From assembly GCF_009914755.1 (NCBI RefSeq), contig NC_060929.1: DNA of 64,000 bases; one strand, given 5' to 3'. Below the pieces are notes generated by a model, which was not told the DNA's origin, did not search any database, and saw nothing but the letters and a program-made list of their open reading frames with translations. Within the stretch, counting starts at the first letter, position 1. Every line of letters starts with the position of its first letter. The translations under genes and the position numbers were made by a program. This document shows positions 52,791 through 64,000 of the stretch, piece after piece. Source of the stretch: the human T2T-CHM13v2.0 reference genome, Homo sapiens.

Positions 52791-54838
52791 CAACAAAGAT
52801 ATTTTATAGTATTTTAAAACCCTGTGTTTCCCTAATCTCATGAAAGTAATCATTAGGAACAACCTAAAACAACGTGATACCTAATTTTTAAGTCTGAGTG
52901 TAATTTTTCCAATTTCTATGCATATATCACTAGTGATAATCATTAGGCAAATATATATGAAAAATTCTGAACAAGTAAATGAATGACAATGAATCATGCA
53001 ATACGGTTAACGCTAACTATACTCACTGATATAGTTAAATCCTTTAATCCTAGGATCTTTAAACATGTAAAACATATAAAAGTCATTCTTCTTGCTGCAG
53101 ATTTGATTAACCATTTTATAAACCTTGAAGTAAGCCTTTGGTGCCTTACATCTGAATCTCCTGATAATTACAAAAATTACAACTTGAGAAGTATTTGACT
53201 ACTTGGATTTTAATCCCAACAGAAAAATGGAGGGAAAAAATAGCATTCTCTTCAATAAGCAGGTAAAAATAATTTTCTGAAATATTTATCCAATTCTATT
53301 TATTTTTAATTGCTTCAGAGCTGAAGGTGCTCATGCCAAGTCACAGCGTGCAGCAAATTTCTGCGGCAGGATTAGAAGCCACTGAAGATATAATTTCATA
53401 GTGAAAACGTTGATAGATGCTAAACAACTACATAAGCAGATGATTCGAAACCATCCCCCTGCTTAGACAAATAACTTTGAAGACAAAAATAGGCATGCTA
53501 GGTAGGTAGAACAAATCACCTAAGTATGTTTAAAGCCTTAGGGTTCCAGAAGGAGGAGGAGAGAGAAGAGGTTGTGCAAATTGGCAAGCCATACCCTTTA
53601 GGATCTTAAAGGTTTTAACAAAACACCTTGGGGGAATTTCATTTTCTGACTATTTAACTTCCCTATCTTGCATTTTTCATCTACATGTGAGTATACATTC
53701 CATATATTCCTTCCAACATCCAAAATAATCGTTACATAGAGAGTCTCTATAGAATCGTTAAGTCATTCCTTTATTTAACCACCCTTTTGCTAACAACATT
53801 TAAATTACTAGACAGTTCACTCTTAACATACACTATTTCTTTCAATCCTTTAAAAACCATGTGAGCTAAGCATGTTAATAAAAGTAACAATTGAAAAAAA
53901 TATTTATTATATGCTTCCTATGTACATAACAGTGTCAGTTTAATTCTCTCAATAATCCTATATGATGGGTACTAATATTTAATCATTTTACAGATTCAAA
54001 AACTGGAACAGAAGGAGGTGAGTTGTCCAAGATTAGAGAGCTATAGTGATAACTGAGAATGAAACCTAGTCAGAATGGATCCGTGGCCTCTCCGCTTCAT
54101 CTCTGCAATACTTTGGAAGCACTATGCATGTATACCTCTGCCTTTGCAGAAAACATGAAAATGAAATGGACAGAACTAGAAACCTGAGTTCAATTTGTGG
54201 CATATTTGAGATGCCTCCAAAGCCACGTGACTAATGACTAGGATGATAAAAGCCAGGAGAACAACCCGAGTATCCTGGCCCTCGGCTCACAGTCCTCTAC
54301 CGGTGAACAGGGGCACGAGCACTTTTCAGCCTGTAGCATGATGGAGGGAGGTATACGGAGGGAGAGCACCATCCGCAGAGGGCTCTCCCTGTGCCCTCCC
54401 ACTGCCTACAGTCTACCTTAGCAGGTACCTGAGAAAAATTAACTCAGGACTTCGATATTCAAGGGAGCTGTCCTCATTTTGAGTTTAGCTGTCCTCATTT
54501 TCAAGTTTCATCCCAGGAACTACGAGGACATGTAAACACAGAATCTCAAGTAGAAGATTAACCATGGGAATTCCCAGAGGTTTGCATATACCTCATGACA
54601 AACAAATGTGATTCTCATACCAGCTTTCCCTGTCAGTAGCCAGGAATCATGGGCAAATTACCCAGTGTCTCCAAGCCTTAATTTCTCCATCTGCAAAATG
54701 AGGATGACAAATTTGACAGAGTTGTTGTAAAGATTAAATAAGTTAACACATGTATGTGCCTGGTATAGTATGATGCCTGGAATGTAGAAGGTGCCTAAGA
54801 TAGAGATGTTATTCGACACTTCTTTATCTCTCAGTCTC

Positions 54839-54921
54839 CACACACACATACACAGGCACACATACATACCCACACATGCACATGCACATACACACACATG
54901 CACACGCACATACACACACAT
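54839..54921. repeat. Imperfect (CA)-rich alternating purine-pyrimidine repeat
   Basis: CACACACATACACAGGCACACATACATACCCACACATGCAC... Confidence 0.85.
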
Positions 54922-56924
54922 GCATCTACTTACGCATGGACCTTTTCACTAAAACAATTTCCCAGACTCATGTTTCCCATGACTTTAACAGACTTCCAGG
55001 TTGACAAGCTGACAGTGGATTAAATCCTGTGGGCTCAGGAGCCAGGAGGTCTCTACCCCTGGTCACCACATACGGCTATCCCCACCCCAGGCCCAAATCT
55101 GCACAGTCTCAGGTCAGAATGGGTCAGACGGTGTTCTTAGATACACTTTTTCCTTAGCAGGAAATAACCGTTGAGACCCCTCTTGCACCTGCTTAGTGAC
55201 CAGAGGTATGTAGAAGGCTTGCCTCGTCCCTCGCAAATGTTCCAATCACGGTTTTCCATCACAGCAGCTACAGCTCTGAAGTTCATTGAGAATCATCAAT
55301 CTGCTCATATAATAAATCTGTGAAGACACATATCTTTCTTCTATCTGTCCTTTTCAGCTTCCTTTGAGAATAGAGGATCTAGACAGTGTGTGTGTGGCTT
55401 TACCGTCTTGGTGAATTTAGTACTATTTGAATGACTTTCCCGTGATTTTCTAGCAAGAAACATGATTTCTTTTTCAAGTTTCAGGGTATATCACTCAATT
55501 TTTAGAATTAAAATAAATATCTAGATTTCTTCTTGTAGAAAACAAACCAGTCCTATATCTATATTTTAATGATTATTTAAATCAAAAAATTTCCTTCATA
55601 TTAATGTAAAAACTGTTAACTATAAGAATTCCAATTTTTAAATGCTGCACTTTGGTCATTAATGATGCTACACACCCCTTTAAGTCAATTAGAGCCCTGC
55701 TCAATTATCAAAATTGAGTAAAAATTAAATATATCGCATGAAAGGGGTAACAGAATGTTAGTTTTCCATCACTAAAGAAACACCTCTTCAACAACAAAGC
55801 TATTTGGCAAACCAAGTTTCCACCAACTCTTACTGAAATCAAAAAAAGAATAAAGAACTAAAGTTTTCTTTTAATACTTTGAAATTAGCCCTTTTTCCTT
55901 TGCTTATTTTATTTTCTCCCTTACCTGCTGCTAATGAGCATCACCACTGGGCTAATACCCAGCAGGGTGGGTATAGTTCTTCTATAAAAATCTGTTCTTA
56001 AATCATAAAGAATTGCCAGTATTATAAAATTATTACTTTATTACTACCATGCTGAGATGTTCAATGTCAAATTGCCGTGGATTTTTATAGTTTAGTCACA
56101 AGAAAAAACAGGAACATGTAACTCAACTGGAAAAAGGTTTTTATTTCATTTTATATGGGAAACATTTTTACAATATGTTGACTAGATGCAATGATATGAC
56201 AAAGCAATTTTTCTAAAATACTATTTTTGGCTAAAGGAACACTTGATTATTATTTCTATAAAATAATTACTGTCCCAAGATGTCACACTACCCTAAGAAC
56301 CAGTAAATACAAAGCCATAGGCAGTATGCTTGCCTAAGCCCAGGTAGACACATTTATCATTTTAGATTCAACTAATAAATATTGAACTACACCATGTGCC
56401 AAGCAGTGTGCTGAGAACCTTCGTGTTCCTAATCTGATGCTCAACTCTCCCCTTCACAGGCTCTTCTTCCTTCATGTTTTAAACACTGGTCCCCTCCCAA
56501 GGTAATCCTTATTCCCTTCAACAAATCACAGCCTCTCTAGCTTGTTGTCCTCAAAGCAGAATCATTTCTCTAGCAAACTTTTGTAAAGACTAAATGAGAC
56601 ATGGTGTGAAATCCACCTTTAAACATTCTCCATAAATATCATTTCTCTCTTCCAACTCCCCCATTTCCACGTCTACCTGAAGAACCTCCTTCATGTGGAA
56701 ACTTTGTTATCCACCTACACACTGCTAACATCCAGCTAACCTGGACTGGGTCTGTCTTCTAAATCCCAGAACTAAACTCTTCATCAAACCCAGCACATCC
56801 ATTACCACCTCATGACTTTCCACTCTTGCCTCTGTTCCAGGATATTAGCATAGCCTCTTTCTATCACTTGGATCTCAGCTCAATATTTCTCACAGAACTC
56901 CTAAATTATCTTACACTCAAACCA

Positions 56925-57312
56925 TGTGTATGGCTTGAATTTGTCCCCTAAAATTTCATGTGTTGAAAACTTAATCACTGGTGCAACCATATTTGGAGGT
57001 AGAGTCTGATAAAAGGTGATTGGGTCAAAAGGGTGAATCCCTTATGAATGAATTAATGTCATCATCATGCCAGTGAGATAGTTATTGCAAGAGTGGGTTG
57101 CTATAAACCAAGTCCAGCTCCTGGTGCCCCTCTCTGTCTCACATGCTTACTTCTACCTTCTGTCTGTGACCATGGAATGACCCTCACCAGATGGTGGCAT
57201 CATGCCCTTGGACTTCCCAGCCTCCAGAACCAGGAGCAAAATAAACTTCTATTGTCTATCACATGCCCAGTCTGTAGTATTTTGTTATAGCAACAGAAAA
57301 TGGACTAAGACA
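56925..57312 (+). mobile_element. MaLR LTR (MSTC/MSTD/MLT1A-like), intronic
   Basis: TATGGCTTGAATTTGTCCCCTAAAATTTCATGTGTTGAAAACTTAATC...TTATAGCAACAGAAAATGGACTAAGACA. Confidence 0.82.
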
Positions 57313-57371
57313 CCATGCATGTGTTTTTTGCAGAGAAACAAGAAGTATCTGAAATCAGTATGTTCATTTCT

Positions 57372-58000
57372 AGTCAACTCTCATTATACACAGTAGTTAT
57401 GTCCTATAAAGTCACCATGAATATTGAATTAACAAACGCCAAGCCATTTCTCCTAGGGGAAATACAGGGTTAGTTTCCTGCAAGCCTCCGGTCACAACAT
57501 TTCCATCAAGCAGTCAATACATAATCTTGCTTTATGTGTGTTTCTGTTTAAGGATATCTTTTTAATATATATGGTTGATTACCATTGCACTGAAGGCCCA
57601 CAGCACTATAACTAATGCCTGAAGTCAGTTTGTCCAACACATGTGTTTTCTCCATAAGGCACAGCCTTCTTGTGCTCAGAAACAGCAGACTTAAACACTA
57701 CACTTGGGGGCCATTTTAAATAGGAAAAAGTACCCCCCAAAAATTGAAAAACATAGTACTAAAGAGACAACAAACAGGACACTTAGTTGTAATATGAAAG
57801 CTGGAACAAGAAGGCACAGCCTCACCTTGTTTGGCCCCAGCTAGAAATATGTACGTCTGGCAACTCCAATTGTTTGCTGCTTTGCACATATTTGTGAATG
57901 ACCATAAAAGTGGCATTAGTATTGATTTGGGGGCTACAGAGAAATTTTAGCAGGTAGGCAAATTCACAAATACAAATCTGTGAGTAACAAGGCCCAACTA
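57372..58000 (-). mobile_element. MER82-like Tigger-type DNA element, intronic
   Basis: AGTCAACTCTCATTATACACAGTAGTTATG at the left end and AATTTTAGCAGGTAGGCAAATTCACAAATACAAATCTGTGAGTAACAAGG at the right end. Confidence 0.7.
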
Positions 58001-58461
58001 TATTTGTTTCTTTTATGGCTATCACCCCTGTTTGCGACTCAGCTCCACGAGAATGGGAAGCCTGTTTGGTCTTTTCTCAGTGCTGCAACCCCAGCACTAG
58101 GGCAGTGTTTGGCAGATGGTCAGTAAGTAGTTACTGAATGACCAAGCAAGCTAATGCTATTTCCCTCTGCCACGAAAAGTCTAACTCCCCATAACTCTCA
58201 TTCTTGTCCTCCAAAGCACATCTCAAAAGCAATCACCCCTAAACTCCTAGACACCTTTATGTTTTCTTTCTGAGCACCTCTTTTGTAACATGTATCAATT
58301 TGTATTTTCATTATTTACTTACTACGGGTCTCCTTCACTAGACTGTGAGTCTCTGGGAGCTGGATCTGGTTCATAATGATCTTTGCATCCCTAGCACCTA
58401 AGGTTATGGCTGGTAACTATTAGACATCCAGCAAATGTTTGCTTAAAAAATAAATACTTGG

Positions 58462-58779
<318 letters not shown>

Positions 58780-59669
58780 TTATTTTATCCCTTTACTTGT
58801 TAGAATCTTTTGTGCTTCTATCATAAAATCAGTACTTCCTTGGGATCCACTATCATGGCTAGAGTTTATGGTTTATGCTTCTAAGACGAACAGGGAATTC
58901 CCTCGTGTGCTGAAATGTGGTTATTGCTGTAGAGATGTTAGCTGAGTGAAAGGTGACAAAAAAAGCCTCCAGAAAACATCAATCCAATAACGGAAAATAG
59001 TTTAGGCATTTTTAGACTTGTCAAGTACAGCTTTGATAATTTTGTTTAATTAGAATCACGTGTGTACTTCACAGAAGTGTTATTACATTCAAAGACTGAA
59101 GTAAGAACCCAGTATTTTACCATTAGCTACAGGATTAAACCAAATGCCTCTGAATTCAATCTAGAATTCACTGCCTGGTTCAAACCTCCAAGCTGGTAGA
59201 ACCACAGCCTTCAACTGAGCCCTGTGCAGTCTTATCTAGAAAGTCTCCTTACCACAGCCTACCCCACCACATTGTATATATTCTTCAAAGCTCAGTCCAG
59301 GCCCAAATGCTCCTGAGACTCAGGCCCTGCTCACTTCATCCCGCTGTTATCTCACTCTCCTTTCCCATGCCTATTAATTATGCCAAACATTTCTTTCTTA
59401 TCTCATCAGCTAATATTTCATGAGTATCCACACATGTTAATCTGCTTTATTAGATAAGCAAGTACTATCTAGAACTATTGCCTCCTCAATATACTCAAGA
59501 AAGTGCCTAGAAGTCAGTAAGTCCCCATTAAACATGGGTGTGAATGTAAAGCTAATAGATAAGAGAGCAAAATCTCTACTACATGATAACAAAAATAATG
59601 AAATCCTGTGTTGATAATGTCATCCAAACGAACAATGCGAGCCCTTACTGAAGGTACAAGACAACTTAC

Positions 59670-59901
59670 TATTGTTTTCTGCATAAATCCTTATGACAGG
59701 CATCAACTCAAAGAGCACTTTTGGCTTTGATTCAATGAGTTTCATGTTCCTCTTGTCCCAGCCAGCACCTTCAAGATATAAGCCATAGACATAGACACCC
59801 TCTGTGGGAGGGGCAGAAATGTCGTCCTTCATCCATTTGGTGACTTCATTGCAAAGCACCATATTGTCCAGAGCCCAGCCTTTGTTGGCCCGAGTTATTT
59901 C
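59670..59901 (-). CDS. DNAH5: DNAH5 penultimate coding exon (232 bp)
   Basis: Encodes [77 protein letters not shown], with the dynein [12 protein letters not shown] motif. AG acceptor at 59902-59903, GTAAGT donor at 59664-59669, ends in phase 1. Confidence 0.97.
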
Positions 59902-60313
59902 CTATTCAGGGCAGCAAAAGATGAATGGAGCGGTTAGAGGTTTGTCTTAATAGAAAGAGCATAACAATAATGAAAGCTTGGCTCCGAATCACTCTAACTC
60001 GAAGGACGTACAATAGTATTTAAAGAATTAGCAAGATTCCCTCATTAAAAAAACCACATCCTAATTGAGCTAGGTCTACTTTAAAAAGAAATAGAAAATC
60101 AAATCAAATACAAAAATAAGAAATAAATATTTTGAAAGTCGAGCTAGCAGCCTGAGAACAACTGGCTGGGATTTATGTACATGACAATGTAACTGCTAGT
60201 ACCAAAAAGAGACAGTCATTCTCTGTCTTATTATAGTCTTTAAAACTATAATGATGGAAAATCCTGTGGAGGAAAATTATAATAACGCAACGGGTGCAAA
60301 TCAGAGCTCTTAC

Positions 60314-60466
60314 CTGTCGCATTGCAGTTAAAAATCCCTGGGGGTTAAAAAAACCCGTCATCCAAAAGCAGTGAGGTCGGCCATTGAAAACCCACGAGGT
60401 AAACTGGCTGTTTCTTTCTATAAGTTCAGTAAACCAGAAACCCAGTGTACTAGAAATCCAAGAAGC
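60314..60466 (-). CDS. DNAH5: Dynein axonemal heavy chain 5, third-to-last coding exon (153 bp)
   Basis: Encodes [51 protein letters not shown], with the dynein C-terminal FW..GFF.PQ.FLTA.RQ motif. AG acceptor at 60467-60468, GTAAGA donor after 60314, phase 0 at both ends. Confidence 0.96.
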
Positions 60467-62294
60467 CTGCAATGAAGACATTAAAACAATTAATTGATGT
60501 AAGTTTAATACTGCAGTGTAAACCAGCTATGTTCACTGAAAAAAAAAAAAGATGAAATATCAATTTCACTTTTATAATGAAAAAAGTCCCTAAGTCATGA
60601 ATTTTCCCTGGATTCTGGCGTAAGTGTTTCAAATTATTCTTTCTCCTTAATAATAGTAATGCTACTAAGATATGATAGAATATACTAGTCATCACATGAA
60701 CATCTGATAAATTCACAGAGCTGTTCAAGATATCTAACGTCAATTGAATCACTTTCCATGTACCAATATATTCATCACTGACTCTGCTGTAAAGGAATCA
60801 AAACAATTTATTGGATTAAATTTAAAGGCTTTCCTCATTTTTCCTTAGGTTACAATTTCAATCTATAACACATAAAAAAGGATTTTTATTCACCTAAATA
60901 TGCTCATGGCCTTATCAAGATAAATCAACACTTTAAAACAGATCCCATGGATAAGTTGTAGAAGACTTGCTACACTTAATTTTAACGGGGTAAACAACAG
61001 TTATTTTCCAGAATGTTTATCCCTTTAGAATACATTTTTATTTCCTCTCTTGAAGGAGCAAAAAATGGAAACCCAAGACTCTTTATCATCCACAAACTAT
61101 TTGCATTTATTGCTTCTGACTTTCTCCCTGAATTCACCTGTGGAACTTCCATTATGACAACTGGCATGAATATGTCATTAATGTCATCAGCAGCAGCAGT
61201 GTAAGGTATCTTCAAATCATAGATTATAACATTTTACTGTAATTGCAATATTTTATGTATGAATAAATGTAGTAATCAACCTGGGTATAACACTTGAATT
61301 TCAAATACCTTAAGAATTAATTTGCCTATTTTTCAAGAGTTATTGAGATTCCAAAGTCTGATAATAAGCTGAGAAGAATAAAAACCTGAATAAAATGATC
61401 ATAATTTAAGAATTAAATCACTCATTGTCTGCTATCTTTATAGGTCTGTTAACTAAAAGAGATGTGTGTTTATACTACGTTCGGTCTGAGGGCAGAGGGA
61501 GCCGCTAATGAGAGAGTGCCCCTGACAGGGATTCCTGTTCCAGAGCCTCCTGGGTCCTACCGAGGTGGGTGATCTGGTTTGGTAGGGAAGGAACTCCCAA
61601 TGGCCACTGATCTGGAAGAATCTCCCTCTGTCCTTGGCAATGAGAGGAGGCAATTCAGATAGAAAACTCTCTGGCATGGACAATGGATTTATTAAAGATG
61701 AGAAGGAAATAAAGGGGTCTGGTCAAAGCTGATTCTGAGTCTCTCAGCTATGTGATGAGAGGGATGGAGGGTGGTGTCATCAAATAACATGGAGAAGACA
61801 AGAAGCAGCAGTCCTACTCACTATATGCTGCCTGCAGAACTCACTGCCTTGTAATCTGCTGAAGCCCGGGATGACATACCTGAGGCTCAGCACCAAACAA
61901 GTCCTATCACCTTCCCATTTAGCCAAGTAACCTACAGAGGCCAACCCTCTATCCTCCCACCCACCAACCTCACGTCTGTAGGCTGCCCTCTCTGTGCAGC
62001 CCCCAACCTGACGCAATCCCCCTCTGTCCTTGGCAATAAGAAGGGACAAGCCTCCCTCCCAAGCCTTTCCACTCTACCTTCAGCATCTTTAGTGCCATGA
62101 TCAGAAAACTCTTCTAGATCCTCCACCTCATTCTGGAACATTCTCTCCATCCCTTCTCTTAACTGAAGTCTGCCCCCCACCCCACACCCTCTACCCAGGA
62201 CAGACTGCTTCCCTCACAGCCTTCTCCAAATGTAGGCTACTGCTTTCCTCATACTCAACAACCCTCAGGGCCAGGAGAAGAGGAGGTGACCTCA

Positions 62295-62510
62295 TGCCAG
62301 GCACTGTTCTAAGCACTTCACACACATCAACTCATTTAATCCTCACAATAATGCTAGGAATTATATAATGCTATTATTTCCCTTTTACAGATAAGGAAAC
62401 TGAGGCACAACAAGGCAACTAGTGTACCCCAAGTTAGCCCATAAGAGACATGATTTGAACCTGGGTATTCTGGCCAAGTAAGTGCATACTCAAAACCCAT
62501 AGACTACCTT
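62295..62510. mobile_element. MIR inserted in L2-like sequence
   Basis: TGCCAGGCACTGTTCTAAGCACTT...CTCATTTAATCCTCACAA...TTTTACAGATAAGGAAACTGAGGCACA. Confidence 0.8.
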
Positions 62511-63769
62511 TATTTACTTTCATTAATCATTCTAGGTGAATTCAGCATCCATGTGAATGATGCATTTAACATCTTATTATCTTATCTCATGACCCTCTGC
62601 TCTCTAATGACCCTGATGTCCATTCCATTTCATTCCTCTGCTCCCATGCTCTCATGTTAAATTTTGTCATCCTCAAACAGTAGCCTGTTGGGAGGTGCCT
62701 TTTTTCCACTCCTATATTTCCTTCTATGGGGAGAGAGCTCCTTTCATATAACATTCCAAGATCCTTGACCCTCTCATTCTCCCCACTCCCAGGAGATAAA
62801 GAAATTCATCTGGTTTCTGGCTGTTTCAGAGACACATTCTGCTCATCAGATGTCCCATGTGCCCCCTATACTTCTCAGCCTCACATGCAGTTAGGTTGGG
62901 TCCAAGGCTCTAGTTCTGATCTACAGACTGTGAATGAAAGTGGCATGGGTCACTTCCTAATCCAGAAAGTCTAGACCTGGGGTGCCTTGTCCATCTCCCT
63001 TCCCTCTGCTGTGATGACTTCAGAGGCCACATGCTCCAGGTGGTACAGCTCCCAGATGACAAGGCCTCCACAATGAGGGTCCCAGAGTAACTGTCTGGAC
63101 CCAAGGATGCACCCAGCTGGTGAGGGGCATAAGGAAGTAGGGTGCAGCTATAACAGCAGCTCCTGAAGTATGATCAGTGACTTGGCACTAGGGCAGCAGC
63201 AGGTTGGAGAAGCCACAGCAGCGGTGGAAAGACAGAGATACAGTTAGGAAGCCCAGCCAGCCAGCCCCTTCTGCTTTTATTACTGGGGGTAGCAGGGGGA
63301 AAGGGACCACACACTCTCTTCTGCTCCCACACTCTCTTCTGCTCCCACACTCTCTTGTGCTCCTGCACACTCTCGCTTCACAGGGAAGTCTCTGTAGAGG
63401 AAGCTGTCTAGTGTAGTGCTGCTGGTGGGTAAGTCTGTCTGATACCAAATACCGTTTTAAAACCCCAAAACTCACCTTCCAGCAGATGGAAGCCACTTTG
63501 TTCAATATCAGCTTTATCAGTAAATGTTCTCTAATCTGCACCACTCCTTTTCTGCCATTTAATTGCTTTGGAATTCAGGCGGAGAAAAGAGCTAGTTATT
63601 TAGCCGCCTTAAGAAATCCAACATGCACCACCCCCATTCCACATTCCATTCTTCAACCACAACCTCCACTTCTAGTTCACTTGTTCAAGGACAGTCCTTT
63701 GACCTAAGCATAGTATCCGGTTCTTTGGTTCCATGATTTTCACCTCATCCATAAATTTTGTCCCATCTC

Positions 63770-64000
63770 CATTATGCTAGGTGAAATAAGCCAGGCACAG
63801 AAAGGCAAACACTACATCATCTTACCTATATGTGGAGCCTGAAAGAGTTGAACTCATAGAAATAGAGAGTAGAATGGTGGTTACCAGAGACTAGAGGGTG
63901 GAGTGAGGAGGGAGGGAATAGGAAGTTGTTGATCAAAGGGTATAAAATTTCAGTTAGATAGGAGAAGTATGTTCAAAAGATCTATTTTACAACAAGGTGA
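63770..64000 (+). mobile_element. L1MA 3' fragment, cut by the window edge
   Basis: CATTATGCTAGGTGAAATAAGCCAGGCACAGAAAG...GAACTCATAGAAATAGAGAGTAGAATGGTGGTTACCAGAG. Confidence 0.88.

Noticed and set aside
55190-55330. Possible cryptic exon in the last DNAH5 intron (CACAG acceptor on the minus strand)
   Set aside because: No polypyrimidine tract, early stop codons and no dynein-like peptide.
59620-60481. ORF-track boundaries 59620-59862 and 60173-60481 as complete genes
   Set aside because: They are DNAH5 exons read through into introns; splice sites give the true limits.
63308-63372. Three 18-bp repeats CACACTCTCTT(C/G)TGCTCC
   Set aside because: A simple short tandem repeat without unique spacers; not CRISPR-like and no functional evidence.

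Overview
Primate (very probably human) genomic DNA, AT-rich and dense in transposon remnants. The only protein-coding gene I can support is the 3' end of the axonemal dynein heavy chain DNAH5 on the minus strand. It has three spliced coding exons (60314-60466, 59670-59901, 51014-51165) ending ...VALLCDVK*, and a 3' UTR running to an AATAAA near 49372. The ~49 kb beyond the gene is intergenic. It holds two full-length MaLR elements with target-site duplications (TSDs), solo LTRs, Alus, L1/L2/MIR and MER fragments, and one deeply nested L1/LTR cluster. The most notable non-obvious features are: (1) a decayed, intronless cystatin C (CST3)-like retrocopy at ~22.4-23.1 kb, which the ORF track shows only as fragments; (2) a 21/23-bp minisatellite enclosed by a 55-bp inverted repeat; (3) a ~150-bp local duplication pasted into an old L1; and (4) perfect DUX4-type motifs in both LTRs of a THE1 element. 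I found no evidence of a new multi-gene system. Repeat subfamily names come from recalled consensus sequences, not a RepeatMasker run, and boundaries of old repeats are approximate.
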